DNA of 64,000 nucleotides from a virus (Duplodnaviria; Caudoviricetes): IMG/VR virus record IMGVR_UViG_2660238657_000001, positions 64,001 to 128,000 of that record; one strand, 5' to 3'. Shown piece by piece: positions 19,604 to 29,923 of this stretch (position 1 is its first letter; each line of letters starts with the position of its first letter). The notes under the pieces were generated by a model. It saw only the letters and a program-made list of their open reading frames with translations, ran no database searches and was not told where the DNA came from. The position numbers and the translations under genes were made by a program.

Positions 19604-20905
19604 TTAAGCAGTTACATTGTTTTCTATTGCTAGAGACTGTCTATATTCTTCGGCTTGAGCTAATTGTGTAAATTCCACAGGTTTATCAAATTCATTTTTA
19701 ACTATTTTCTCAATTTCATCTAAAGAAACTTTAAAAAATTCTTTTCTATGGTTAACTTTATTAACTTCATTACCTCTAAAAACTTCATGTAATTTAGACT
19801 CTAATTTAGGAGCATCTTCACTAAAAATCATTGCGTGTATATCAAAAGCAAAAGGCACAGATGTTCCTGATAACTCTTTAACTCTATCAGTAGGCTCTAA
19901 TCTTCTTGTCATACCTATTTTATATACATTTTCACCAAATGAGCCTATGTTTGATATTACATAAACATAACCTGCTCTAGTATTCTGTTCACGATTATAA
20001 ACATCCTCTTTATCTTTTTCCAATGATTCTAGTTGAGTTTGTAATTCTTTTATTTTCTCTTGATATTTCAATTTATTTTCTTCTGAGGCGTTAGCACATT
20101 TCAGAATTAATTCCTCTATAGCTTGTTTAAAATGTTTCTCTTCTTTTTCAATTTTTTGTTTCATTAACTCAATTTCTTTTAATACTTTTTGTTCTTCACG
20201 TATCTGTTCTTTGATTCTACGTTGTTCTTCCTTTTCTTCTTGTTTCTTCATTTCATATTCATAAGCTAAATATAATTCTTCAATTTTTAAATTTAAATAA
20301 TCATGAGTCACACTTATTTTCATTCGTACCCCTAATTTATTTAACACGTCAAAAGCTTTTTTTATTTTCTTTTCTATAGATTCTATATTGTTGAATTTGA
20401 TTTTTATTATACTTGCATCACATTCATTATTAAATGACCTAATGATAAGTTTTATATTGTCATTATTCATTTTTCTACCTTCGGCTTTACTATCATTTAA
20501 AGTCCATTCATCATAATAATTTACTGCAGTTTTATTCTTAACCATTATTTTTTGTTTGTCACGAATTTCAGATAATCTTGCCTTGTATTTCCCTGAGTCC
20601 ATTAGATTGTATTTAGGTTCATAAAAGCCGAAAGATTGTAATAATTCTTCATCTTTCAGTGTAATGATAGATTTTTGTAAATTATCAATTTGATTTTTAC
20701 ATTTAGTTTCTTCATTTTTTAAGTTATTAATTTCTTTATTTAGATCATCTTTTTTAGATATAAGTGAATCTCTTTCTTTTTTGATATCTAAATACTCTAA
20801 TTGCTCAACTGTATATTTTATTTTACTCAGTTCAGAATTTTCTTTCGTTAATCGTTCTATATCCTGTTTAAATTTTTTAATTTTAAAAATGTCAAATAAA
20901 TTCAT
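19604..20905 (-). CDS. DUF4041 plus T5orf172/MUG113 domain protein
   Basis: IRSFNNECD, AGYVYVISNIGSFGENVYKIGMTRRLEP, VPFAFDIHAMIFSEDAP, RKEFF. Confidence 0.9.
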   Translation of the reverse strand: MNLFDIFKIKKFKQDIERLTKENSELSKIKYTVEQLEYLDIKKERDSLISKKDDLNKEINNLKNEETKCKNQIDNLQKSIITLKDEELLQSFGFYEPKYNLMDSGKYKARLSEIRDKQKIMVKNKTAVNYYDEWTLNDSKAEGRKMNNDNIKLIIRSFNNECDASIIKIKFNNIESIEKKIKKAFDVLNKLGVRMKISVTHDYLNLKIEELYLAYEYEMKKQEEKEEQRRIKEQIREEQKVLKEIELMKQKIEKEEKHFKQAIEELILKCANASEENKLKYQEKIKELQTQLESLEKDKEDVYNREQNTRAGYVYVISNIGSFGENVYKIGMTRRLEPTDRVKELSGTSVPFAFDIHAMIFSEDAPKLESKLHEVFRGNEVNKVNHRKEFFKVSLDEIEKIVKNEFDKPVEFTQLAQAEEYRQSLAIENNVTA

Positions 20906-21303
20906 GCAATTCCCTCCAAAAGTATGTGTATATTTGTATAATTAAAAAAATACATTAGTCAATATTATGTCATATATTGTATTATTATGCAATAATTTTT
21001 ATAAATAATAACAATTATGTATGTGTATAAACAGGAAGTGATTTAATTTAATTTATATATTATATATATTATATATAACGAGTTGTCTTTTTTATGTACT
21101 CAAGCAAATAAAATACTAATTCTATAACTTGCTATCGGTCAACCGTTAATATAATTATAGTATACTAACCAACATTTGTCAATAATTATTTTTAAAATTT
21201 TAATTTATTTTTGTTAATATTATTTTTGTCTATTTTTTAGAAAATATGTTATAATTATTATAGTAAAAATTAGAAAATAACTTAGAAATAAGGAGTTTAA
21301 TAT

Positions 21304-22809
21304 ATGCGTAATAATGAGAACAATAATGATAAAGTATATCTTGATTTCTTGCCATTTATGGCTGAAGCCTTTTCTACAAATACTAAGGCTTATAAATTAA
21401 TAGATAAAGTATATAATACAGATAAAATAAGATTTATTGAAAAAGCTAAGGAAAACAAATGGTACGATAGTGCAATGGCTAAAGAAGGCAGTATAAAACA
21501 AGAATATTATTTTAAAAAAGCTATGGGTCTACTCTTAGTAGCACAAGAAGATGAGCGTATTACGGATGAACTGTTGAATGTAATAGCTAAAGGCTGGAGA
21601 TACGCACACACATATGTTCGTCAGCACGATGTCTTAAATTTATATCATTTTATAGGTAGCTATATTAAGAAAAAACGAGGAATCGACAATGTGGTAGATG
21701 ATGAACTAAATTCAAACGGATTAATGTTAATTTTTCTTAGTACAATGTATGAAGGAAAAGTTTTAGACAAAGACGATAAACTATATAACAATGTCATTAA
21801 TACTTATTTTCAACGACTAATACATATGAAAAATGAGTGTAGAATTAACATAGACAATATATCTAAAGAGCAGAAAAAATTAATTAGAGAGTTAGAATTA
21901 AAACTAAAAAATTATAAAAAAATAAAGGTTGTACCATCATCCTATCGATTTTCTAATGAACAACAAAACGGAATGAGGATAATACCTGAAAAACTCTCTA
22001 AAGATGATAAATTTTTTAGTAGCTTCGAATATATTTTCGACTACGAAAGAATTTCTTTAATAAGTATAGTTGGCGCAGATTATTTATCTTCTAAAGAATT
22101 GCAAGAATTAATTTTTGCATACTCCCAATTTAAAACATCCGAAAATATTGATTATGACGAATTTTTAAAATATATATATCCTGCAATACAGATTCGATAT
22201 TTATGTAAAGAATATAAAAAGGCTAAAAAATATTTCTTTGAAAATTTTGATGAGCAATTATATGATGAAATTTCTAAAACTGAGAATGAAAATAGAGAAT
22301 TGAAAAAATCTAATTTATTATTGCAAGATGAAAATGAAAAACTAAAGCAAGAAATTGAATTATTAAAGAGTAAAAATAATAAACTACAAGATGAAAATAA
22401 TAAATTCAGCACTAGTAAAAGTGAGTTATTCGCATTAAGAAATTTTGTATTCGAACAGTCTGTAAAAGATGATAATAATGCTATAGAGTCTAATACAAAT
22501 AATATAGATATATCTGCATTAAATAGTATTAAAGGTGTTGTAATTGGTGGTAGAAACAATCTACAACAAAAACTAAAAGAAATGTTGTCTAATTGGAACT
22601 TTATATCTGTGGACACTTTAAATTTTGATGTAGATATACTTAAAAATGCAGATTATATATTCTTGAATGTAAATGTATTAAGCCATGCTATGTATTATAA
22701 AGTAACTGAAATAACTAATAAAATTGATAAGAATATTTATTTCTTAAACAATAATAATATTGATATTTGTTTGGAAGGTATTTATTCTAAAATTTCTATG
22801 CAAAAATAA
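21304..22809 (+). CDS. Coiled-coil protein with C-terminal DUF2325-like domain
   Basis: VVIGG...ADYIFLNVNVLSHAMY C-terminal pattern. Confidence 0.7.
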   Translation: MRNNENNNDKVYLDFLPFMAEAFSTNTKAYKLIDKVYNTDKIRFIEKAKENKWYDSAMAKEGSIKQEYYFKKAMGLLLVAQEDERITDELLNVIAKGWRYAHTYVRQHDVLNLYHFIGSYIKKKRGIDNVVDDELNSNGLMLIFLSTMYEGKVLDKDDKLYNNVINTYFQRLIHMKNECRINIDNISKEQKKLIRELELKLKNYKKIKVVPSSYRFSNEQQNGMRIIPEKLSKDDKFFSSFEYIFDYERISLISIVGADYLSSKELQELIFAYSQFKTSENIDYDEFLKYIYPAIQIRYLCKEYKKAKKYFFENFDEQLYDEISKTENENRELKKSNLLLQDENEKLKQEIELLKSKNNKLQDENNKFSTSKSELFALRNFVFEQSVKDDNNAIESNTNNIDISALNSIKGVVIGGRNNLQQKLKEMLSNWNFISVDTLNFDVDILKNADYIFLNVNVLSHAMYYKVTEITNKIDKNIYFLNNNNIDICLEGIYSKISMQK

Positions 22810-22883
22810 ACAATATTTGTTTGATAAAAAACAATAATCTCCTTATAATATAAATTACAATATTTGATGAGGAGGTTTTTTAT

Positions 22884-23069
22884 ATGAGTAGTTATGAATT
22901 TAAAGAAGAAGATTTTTATTGTCATAAATGTGGAGCAGAGGGTAAATCTGTGCATCCTGATTATTTTCAAAAAGATCACGGAGTTGAAATGTCTATCTTT
23001 TGTGAGGAATGTGGGTACAATAGAGTAGTTGATTTTGCAACAAACGAGGAAATAATGAACGAAGATTAA
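22884..23069 (+). CDS. Small zinc-ribbon protein
   Basis: CHKCG and CEECG; GAGGAGG RBS. Confidence 0.7.
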   Translation: MSSYEFKEEDFYCHKCGAEGKSVHPDYFQKDHGVEMSIFCEECGYNRVVDFATNEEIMNED

Positions 23070-23099
23070 TTTATTAAAATATAATTTTTATAGAAAATG

Positions 23100-23132
23100 A
23101 AAAGGATAGATTCCTAATTAATCTATCCTTTT
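23100..23132. terminator. Bidirectional terminator between convergent genes
   Basis: AAAAGGATAGATT...AATCTATCCTTTT. Confidence 0.7.
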
Positions 23133-23173
23133 CTTATGTATAATTTATTTTTAATTTTATTATTTAATATGCA

Positions 23174-23974
23174 TTAACAACAAAATCCTATATGCTCTTT
23201 TTCTAATCCATCTATGAATGAATGCACAGCATTAAATTTACCAATTGAAATATCCTCCCATGCAATCACTCCAAATTCTTTGAATAACTTATTTTTAGCC
23301 TTTTCATAAATATTATCTTTAGCAGTTATTTTACATCCTGTTAAATCTTTTAATTTATCTTTTAATTCACTAACCAACATTCTAGTATTCTTGGTTCTTA
23401 ATCCGATTAATTGAGCAGTTTGTTCTATCTGTTGATCCTTAATTATAATAGAATCTTTTACAATTTCTTTAACTTCACCTTTTGTTTGTTCTTTAATTTG
23501 TTGAAATTGGATAGTTGTGTTTTTCATAAATTGAGCCATTGTAGTTGCTATTTGCTCAATATTTTGTGCAAAGAACATAGCTTGATTACCTTGTACTAGT
23601 GAGTTTTGATTTTTAATTTTTTCTTCCATTTCGTTGAATCTTTCAACATACTTTGCGGTAAATAATATTCCCTTTTCACCTTGTTGTTTATTTCCTATCA
23701 TTTCACAGCCCATTTTAGTGCAGAGATAACATACATACTCTCTAGTACCTGATTTATATGTAGATTTTATAAAATATCTTGATAAATCAAAATTTGATTT
23801 TTGTAAAATAGGTATAATTCCTAAGCTTTTTCCATCTTTTGAACCATTTAAATCTTTTAATAATGCACTATGAGATTTGCCAACCATCTCAGCAACTTCT
23901 CTACTATCAATAGTTAATTCCTTATTATTTAATGCTTGCACTTGATTATTTTCCATATATATAAAACCTCCCAT
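23174..23974 (-). CDS. Rha-family phage regulatory protein
   Basis: IDSREVAEMVGKSH, YLCTKMGCEMIGNK..GEKGILFTAKYVERFNEME. Confidence 0.85.
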   Translation of the reverse strand: MGGFIYMENNQVQALNNKELTIDSREVAEMVGKSHSALLKDLNGSKDGKSLGIIPILQKSNFDLSRYFIKSTYKSGTREYVCYLCTKMGCEMIGNKQQGEKGILFTAKYVERFNEMEEKIKNQNSLVQGNQAMFFAQNIEQIATTMAQFMKNTTIQFQQIKEQTKGEVKEIVKDSIIIKDQQIEQTAQLIGLRTKNTRMLVSELKDKLKDLTGCKITAKDNIYEKAKNKLFKEFGVIAWEDISIGKFNAVHSFIDGLEKEHIGFCC

Positions 23975-24017
23975 AATTTTTATTCTGTTTTATGTGTTTT
24001 AATTAATTTGTATAAAT

Positions 24018-25700
24018 TTATTTAATTATCCACCCATCTTGTTTTAATAATTTTTTGATTAAATCTTTAAATATGTAATTTTTACTGCAAATATAATCAT
24101 AATTTACCCATACATCTCCACTAAGCTCTTTCTTATTATCTTCGGTGAAGAACCCAAAAGTCGTATCGTATAAACTATTATTGGTTATAATTTTGCCAAA
24201 CCATTGTGATTTTGCTCGGTCTTGCCGTTCTTCATTTTTATTTTTTCTACACTTTTCATGTTGTACTGTATAACCTTCTAAAATTATTTTAACTTTTTCA
24301 AATATATCAAAATTATTTATTTCCCATACTTTATTAACTAGAAAAGGATATTTAATCTTAATCCAATTTTTCTCCTCAAACTTATCAATTCCATGAAATT
24401 TGTTACATAGATTTAACAATTGATTATTTATTCCAATAAACTCTAAACTTTTCCCACTGCAATTAGTTAATATGTAAATATTCTTAGTCCATTCCATACG
24501 TTCTTTTTCTTGCAACTCTTTTTCTTTTAATATTTTTAATTCTCTTATTTGCTTTTCATCATTTTTACTAACCTCATAAGATTCACCATCACAAGATAAT
24601 AAATCACGCTTGATTTTATCTAAATATATAAGTTCATCGTTGTCGCATTCCAAACACACTTGTACTTTTTTACTTTTGTCTTTAGTTGAGTATTCTGTTA
24701 GTTGCCAAGTTGACACATCTTTATTACAACAGTAGCATTTAGCTGTTTCTACATCTGGATTATATTCCGCTACGTCTTCTAATTCTCCAATATGCAACGT
24801 TCCATATAATCCATCCGTAAAACTTGATGAATAATTTATATAATGCTTATTTTGACATATCTTAAGTTGTTCAATAATTCCTTTAAATTGCCTATCTAGC
24901 TTATCTGTCTTATCTAACTTGCAATAGATGGTTGGTTTAGTTTGTTTACATTTCTGAAATACGCATAATACAGTACCAACTCCTGTACCAGTTATTCCTG
25001 CATTAGCAAAAGTATCTTGATCCAATTCCATACAGAATAACAAGGAGTATCTTTCTTTTAAATAATCTCTTAATTTCCCCGTACCATTACCCTTAAAACA
25101 AAAGCCTTGAGGTAATACTAATGCTATATATCCATTTTCTTTACATACTTTAAAAGATTTATCTACAAAAGCATCTACAATTTGATTTTTCTTTATTTTA
25201 CCCTTGTTATTATTCCATTCACACATATAAGGAATACTACCAACGAATGGTGGATTTCCTATTATACAATCATAATAATCTTCTGGAATATCATAATTTA
25301 AGGTATCACAATTGCTATAATACTTGACTTGTTCATAATCTTCCCACGCTTTAGCTCCTGCTAATGAATTATTTTCATCTAATTCGTACATATCAAAAGC
25401 CACATTATCCTTTAATTGTCCATATTCCTCTGTCAATGGAACACACATATTTCCTATTCCTGCACTTAAATCAGCCACTTTCATGTTGTCTTTTATATCT
25501 AATAACTGGCATATAAAATTACATACAGGAATAGGTGTAAAGAACGAATTATTGTCTTTGGATAAACCAACATATTGCTTTAGAATATTTTCTTTATCTT
25601 CCTTGCTGAATTCTTTTCCTTCTTTAATATTTTTAATAATTTCCAATGAGTAGTGGACACTTTCCAATACCCCTTTATTCCCTTTGGTTTTCTTAACCAT
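24018..25700 (-). CDS. Orphan gamma-class N6-adenine DNA methyltransferase with Cys-rich C-terminal extension
   Basis: FFTP, ADLSAGIGNM (motif I), IIGNPPF (motif IV), CYCC...CLEC. Confidence 0.8.
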   Translation of the reverse strand: MVKKTKGNKGVLESVHYSLEIIKNIKEGKEFSKEDKENILKQYVGLSKDNNSFFTPIPVCNFICQLLDIKDNMKVADLSAGIGNMCVPLTEEYGQLKDNVAFDMYELDENNSLAGAKAWEDYEQVKYYSNCDTLNYDIPEDYYDCIIGNPPFVGSIPYMCEWNNNKGKIKKNQIVDAFVDKSFKVCKENGYIALVLPQGFCFKGNGTGKLRDYLKERYSLLFCMELDQDTFANAGITGTGVGTVLCVFQKCKQTKPTIYCKLDKTDKLDRQFKGIIEQLKICQNKHYINYSSSFTDGLYGTLHIGELEDVAEYNPDVETAKCYCCNKDVSTWQLTEYSTKDKSKKVQVCLECDNDELIYLDKIKRDLLSCDGESYEVSKNDEKQIRELKILKEKELQEKERMEWTKNIYILTNCSGKSLEFIGINNQLLNLCNKFHGIDKFEEKNWIKIKYPFLVNKVWEINNFDIFEKVKIILEGYTVQHEKCRKNKNEERQDRAKSQWFGKIITNNSLYDTTFGFFTEDNKKELSGDVWVNYDYICSKNYIFKDLIKKLLKQDGWIIK

Positions 25701-25876
25701 AAAAGCCTCCTATATAATTTTATTTTAATTTATACTTATTTTAATTTTAATATAGTTTATACAACTTTATTTATATATTTATTTTTATCTTTTAATCTAC
25801 ATACATAACAATCCTGTTCACTTTCATATCTTCTAAAATGTCTGCTTACTTTATCTAAGATTCTTTTTAACATATC

Positions 25877-26059
25877 CTACACCTCATTTTTATAAGCTTT
25901 TACAAACTGCGTATAGTTGAATTTTTCTTTTATATCTTCTAATAAATCCAAATCTTTAATATCTTCTAAAGTCAACTCTCTTAAAAATTTACCTATATAA
26001 ATATACATATATCCATATTGATCTTGAAGTATATTCATTTTATCACCTGCATTTCTCAT
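25877..26059 (-). CDS. Hypothetical protein
   Basis: ORF track; packed in operon. Confidence 0.55.
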   Translation of the reverse strand: MRNAGDKMNILQDQYGYMYIYIGKFLRELTLEDIKDLDLLEDIKEKFNYTQFVKAYKNEV

Positions 26060-26061
26060 TA

Positions 26062-26298
26062 TTATATGTAATTAACGCAGTCGCTTCCTATATGAAAAAA
26101 TCCATATATTAACAAAGTAAATAATGATAATCCTACAGGTAAACCTAAAAACTTATATAATACATCTTTAGTTTTTTCAGTAGCCACTATTCTTTTCCTA
26201 ATTTTATATCTCCTTGCCACTTTCTTACCTCTTTTATTAAATCCCTTAGCGTCTATTGGTAGTGGGTAATAATTTTCTTGTAGTTTTAAAGCCCCCAT
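26062..26298 (-). CDS. Small membrane protein
   Basis: AAGGAGG RBS; C-terminal hydrophobic helix. Confidence 0.6.
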   Translation of the reverse strand: MGALKLQENYYPLPIDAKGFNKRGKKVARRYKIRKRIVATEKTKDVLYKFLGLPVGLSLFTLLIYGFFHIGSDCVNYI

Positions 26299-26498
26299 AA
26301 TTAAATCCTCCTTATTATTATAAATTTAATTAATTTTTATTAAAATGTGTATTAAATACTTCAATTAACCCTTAAATACATTATATACCTATGAATATAT
26401 TTTTTCAATAGATTTTATAAAAATATTTTAATTTATTTTTATTTAAAAATACTTTATTTATTGTACTTTATAGAGTATAATAATAGATGAGGTGAAAA

Positions 26499-26723
26499 AT
26501 GATGATTATAGTAAAACTATTAGATTTAATAAAAGAAAGAGGTATAAGCCTACGATCTGTAGCAATAGAGACAGGGATGTCTTATAATACCTTGCACAAA
26601 TTAGCACATAATAAAACTAATTCTATAGCTTATGCAACTATAATACAATTATGTAAATTCTTTAATTGTAGAATAGAAGACGTAATTGAATACATTGAAT
26701 ACGTAGATATAGATGAAAACTAG
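26499..26723 (+). CDS. XRE/Cro-like HTH regulator
   Basis: RGISLRSVAIETGMSYNTLHKL...QLCKFFNCRIEDVIEY. Confidence 0.9.
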   Translation: MMIIVKLLDLIKERGISLRSVAIETGMSYNTLHKLAHNKTNSIAYATIIQLCKFFNCRIEDVIEYIEYVDIDEN

Positions 26724-26742
26724 GAAATTGCTTCCTAGTTTT
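26716..26742. terminator. Terminator between XRE gene and wHTH operon
   Basis: AAAACTAGGAA...TTCCTAGTTTT. Confidence 0.7.
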
Positions 26743-26871
26743 ATTTTTTTATCTATTATATTATTTTTTTTGAAAAATTTACTCTGAAATGCTCTCTTAT
26801 GCTCCTATTTACTCCGTTTTTCAACCTTAAAATCACCATAAAATCATACTTTTAAACACTTTTAGTATATT

Positions 26872-27201
26872 TTAATCAATAAAAATATTTATATTAAGAT
26901 TGATTTTCCAAAGTGTGCTCCTGAAGTCTTCATGAATTAATAGATTTGCGTCCTCTAACTGTTTAAGATATCGAGATAAAGATGGTCTTGGAATATTTAA
27001 TTTTTCTGCTGTTCGCTCTAATTTTAATATGACCCATTCGTCTATACCTTTTTGAAGTTGAATAGGTATAAAGAATTCTAAAAAATCAATTAAATTTGGT
27101 TTTAGTTTATACCGTTTAATAAAATTTGAACTAAAAAATACTCTATATTCATTATCAAAATTTTTAATATAAATATTTGGTATACATACCACCTTAATCA
27201 C
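26872..27201 (-). CDS. wHTH paralog 6 of tandem array
   Basis: AEKLNIPRPSLSRYLKQLE..LIHEDFRSTLWKIN. Confidence 0.8.
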   Translation of the reverse strand: MIKVVCIPNIYIKNFDNEYRVFFSSNFIKRYKLKPNLIDFLEFFIPIQLQKGIDEWVILKLERTAEKLNIPRPSLSRYLKQLEDANLLIHEDFRSTLWKINLNINIFID

Positions 27202-27215
27202 ATTCTCCCTAATTT

Positions 27216-27548
27216 TTATTTTATCGTTACTTCGATAATATTAGAATTTATCTTCCAAAGATTACTTCTGAACCTTTCTTGAATTAAAATATTTGTATCC
27301 TTTAACTTTTTAAACCAATTATTGACCGTTATTCTTGGAATGTTCAGCTGTTTAGATACATCATCAAGCCGTAATATCATCCATTCGTTTAGCCCTTTTT
27401 GAAGTTGTAAAGGTATTAAATATTGTATAAAGTTCATTTCAGATGTATTCAAACTGAATTTTTTAGTATAATCTGTGTTTACACATATTGCCCTCTTTCC
27501 ATTAAACTCTATCACATAAATAGCCTTCATTTCTTCCATATGTAACAA
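27216..27548 (-). CDS. wHTH paralog 5 of tandem array
   Basis: SKQLNIPRITVNNWFKKLK..LIQERFRSNLWKIN. Confidence 0.8.
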   Translation of the reverse strand: MLHMEEMKAIYVIEFNGKRAICVNTDYTKKFSLNTSEMNFIQYLIPLQLQKGLNEWMILRLDDVSKQLNIPRITVNNWFKKLKDTNILIQERFRSNLWKINSNIIEVTIK

Positions 27549-27580
27549 CTCCTTACCTATAATTAAATAATATATCAGTC

Positions 27581-27910
27581 CTATCTCGAGGAAATCTCGT
27601 ATATTTCAATATTATTATTAAATTTCCAAAGCGTACTTCTAAAATCTTCATGGATAAGTATGTTCTTTTGCTCCAACTTCTTCAACCACTTTGATATAGT
27701 TCCCTTTGTTACTCCCAAGTCTTCTGACACTTCATCAAATTTAATTATGATCCAATCATTTAAATTGCTTGTATAATATTTAAAAACAATATAATAAATA
27801 AATCCTACTTCGCTACTATTCAATTTATAGCTTAATATAAATTTTGCATCAATTAATATTGATTTTTTTACATTATTCAACTCCACAATATATATACCCT
27901 TAGTATTCAT
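27581..27910 (-). CDS. wHTH paralog 4 of tandem array
   Basis: SEDLGVTKGTISKWLKKLE..LIHEDFRSTLWKFN. Confidence 0.8.
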   Translation of the reverse strand: MNTKGIYIVELNNVKKSILIDAKFILSYKLNSSEVGFIYYIVFKYYTSNLNDWIIIKFDEVSEDLGVTKGTISKWLKKLEQKNILIHEDFRSTLWKFNNNIEIYEISSR

Positions 27911-27922
27911 AATAAAACCCTC

Positions 27923-28261
27923 TTATTCTAAAGCTAGTTTGTTGTTACAACAAATCATAGTCGAATCCAATTTCCATAATGGACTTCTAAAGTCTTCATG
28001 TATTAATAGATTTGTTTTTTCTAATTTCTTTAGCCACTTACACACTGTTGCTTTACTTGCTTGCAAATCTTCACAAATATCATCTAATTTGAATATCATC
28101 CAACCACCTAAAATAGAATTAGGATATTGTTTGGGTATAATGTAATTTAAAAATCCTGCTTCACTTCTATTAATATTGTTTTTGGCTAACCATTTTGCAT
28201 TTAAAAATACTGATTTTTTAACTTTACTAATTTCTAATACATATACTATTTTAGTATCCAT
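27923..28261 (-). CDS. wHTH paralog 3 of tandem array
   Basis: CEDLQASKATVCKWLKKLE..LIHEDFRSPLWKLD. Confidence 0.8.
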   Translation of the reverse strand: MDTKIVYVLEISKVKKSVFLNAKWLAKNNINRSEAGFLNYIIPKQYPNSILGGWMIFKLDDICEDLQASKATVCKWLKKLEKTNLLIHEDFRSPLWKLDSTMICCNNKLALE

Positions 28262-28270
28262 AACAATCTC

Positions 28271-28615
28271 CTACTTATATTTCTCTTGATAACAAATCAT
28301 ATTTGGGTTAAGCTTAAAAAGTGGACTTCTAAAGTCTTCTTGAATAAGTATATTGCTTTGTTTTAGCTTTTGCATATATCTAGCTAATGTTGGTCTTGGA
28401 ATATCAAATTGTTCTGACATATCATCAACTTTCAAAATCATCCAATCATCGAATCCTTTTGCAATTTGCAGAGATATCAGCTTTTCAATAAATACTGTTT
28501 CAGGTGGTTTTAATTTAAAATCATTTATAAAACTTATATTTAAAAAACTTGTAATTCGCTTATTTGTTCTCAATATATAAATGGCTTTAATGTTCATAAC
28601 GGCGTCACCTATCAA
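28271..28615 (-). CDS. wHTH paralog 2 of tandem array
   Basis: SEQFDIPRPTLARYMQKLK..LIQEDFRSPLFKLN. Confidence 0.8.
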   Translation of the reverse strand: MIGDAVMNIKAIYILRTNKRITSFLNISFINDFKLKPPETVFIEKLISLQIAKGFDDWMILKVDDMSEQFDIPRPTLARYMQKLKQSNILIQEDFRSPLFKLNPNMICYQEKYK

Positions 28616-28944
28616 ACCATCTTCTCGGAAAATATCATTTTAGCATTCATCTTCCATAATACACTTCTAAAATCTTCTTGAACTAAAACATTCTTATTTT
28701 TTAAGCTTTGTAACAATCTTGATACTGTAGTTTTAGGAATATCAAATTCTTCGGCAATGTTATCTAATTTGATAATTATCCATTCATCTAATCCTTTTAC
28801 CATTTGTAAAGGTATTATTTTTTTAATGAAGTTCATTTCACTGGGGTTTAATTGTAGTTTTTTAGCAAAATCTAAATTTAAAAAACCAATGAATCTATCT
28901 TGTATTTGTATTATATAAATACCTTTATCCATAATATTATTCAT
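28612..28944 (-). CDS. wHTH paralog 1 of tandem array
   Basis: AEEFDIPKTTVSRLLQSLK..LVQEDFRSVLWKMN. Confidence 0.8.
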   Translation of the reverse strand: MNNIMDKGIYIIQIQDRFIGFLNLDFAKKLQLNPSEMNFIKKIIPLQMVKGLDEWIIIKLDNIAEEFDIPKTTVSRLLQSLKNKNVLVQEDFRSVLWKMNAKMIFSEKMV

Positions 28945-28982
28945 AGTAAATTACCCTCTATCGCTTAATTTATATAAATATT

Positions 28983-29011
28983 ACTATACCGCATATTGGT
29001 ATTTAAGTCAA
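28983..29011 (-). promoter_or_regulatory. Sigma-A type promoter of six-wHTH operon
   Basis: TTGACT-17-TATAGT on minus strand. Confidence 0.65.
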
Positions 29012-29097
29012 AATATTTAATATAAGATTTAATATTACTGTTTATTAACAAGAGTTTGCCTATTAAAATGGATTAAATACTTTTTAATTAAATTATA

Positions 29098-29811
29098 TTA
29101 TACTTCAACAACATTAAATCCTTCTGATTTAGCTTTATCTGTTAATTCTTCACAATCTAAATGCATACAATGTACTTTACTTCTAAAGTCCTTTGGTACG
29201 GCTTCACATAATTTATTTAAAGATAAATGCACATTCCCCTCATAATCACCTAAGCAAGTATCTTGGTAAAATTCACTTATACTACCAGTAATTAATGCTT
29301 TTAATATCCCTTTATTTACTTTATTTGTATCTCCACTATAATAAATATTAGTATCGTAATTATTAGAATTAAGCATAAGTGTAATACCATAACAATTAAT
29401 ATCTTTAATATGTTTTGTTAATCTATATTGTACAATTGTATTTTTATTAATACTAAAGAAATTATCTTTTTCAACTAAATGAAAGTTGAATTCTTCATCA
29501 GTATTACCATTTAATATTAATAGATTATATAAATCTTTATTTGGATAATAAATATTAACTTCAAATTCTTTCACATAATAACAATAGTATATTAGACTAC
29601 TTAAACTCCCTACATGATCACTATGTAAATGCGTAATTAATACATTAACTGTATGTACATCATCTAACAATTTTCGTTTTTGAATTTCCTTAAAGACAGT
29701 TTCTCCACAGTCAATTAATAATAACTCATTATTATCTTTAATATAAGCACTTGTATTTCCTTCATTTTGATTAAACGCACTTCCCCTACCTAAAAATTTT
29801 AATGTTTGCAT
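29098..29811 (-). CDS. MBL-fold metallo-hydrolase, Apyc1/RNase Z-like
   Basis: LGRGSAF, LIDCG, THLHSDHVG, YSGDT, VHLSL, MH. Confidence 0.85.
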   Translation of the reverse strand: MQTLKFLGRGSAFNQNEGNTSAYIKDNNELLLIDCGETVFKEIQKRKLLDDVHTVNVLITHLHSDHVGSLSSLIYYCYYVKEFEVNIYYPNKDLYNLLILNGNTDEEFNFHLVEKDNFFSINKNTIVQYRLTKHIKDINCYGITLMLNSNNYDTNIYYSGDTNKVNKGILKALITGSISEFYQDTCLGDYEGNVHLSLNKLCEAVPKDFRSKVHCMHLDCEELTDKAKSEGFNVVEV

Positions 29812-29923
29812 AATATGTACCTCCTAAATTTATTTTTTAATATTTAGGGCTAGACTAAGTATAATCTAGTCCTGATGTATATGTTTATATTTTTAATTAA
29901 ATTTTATATTTTTATATGTATAA

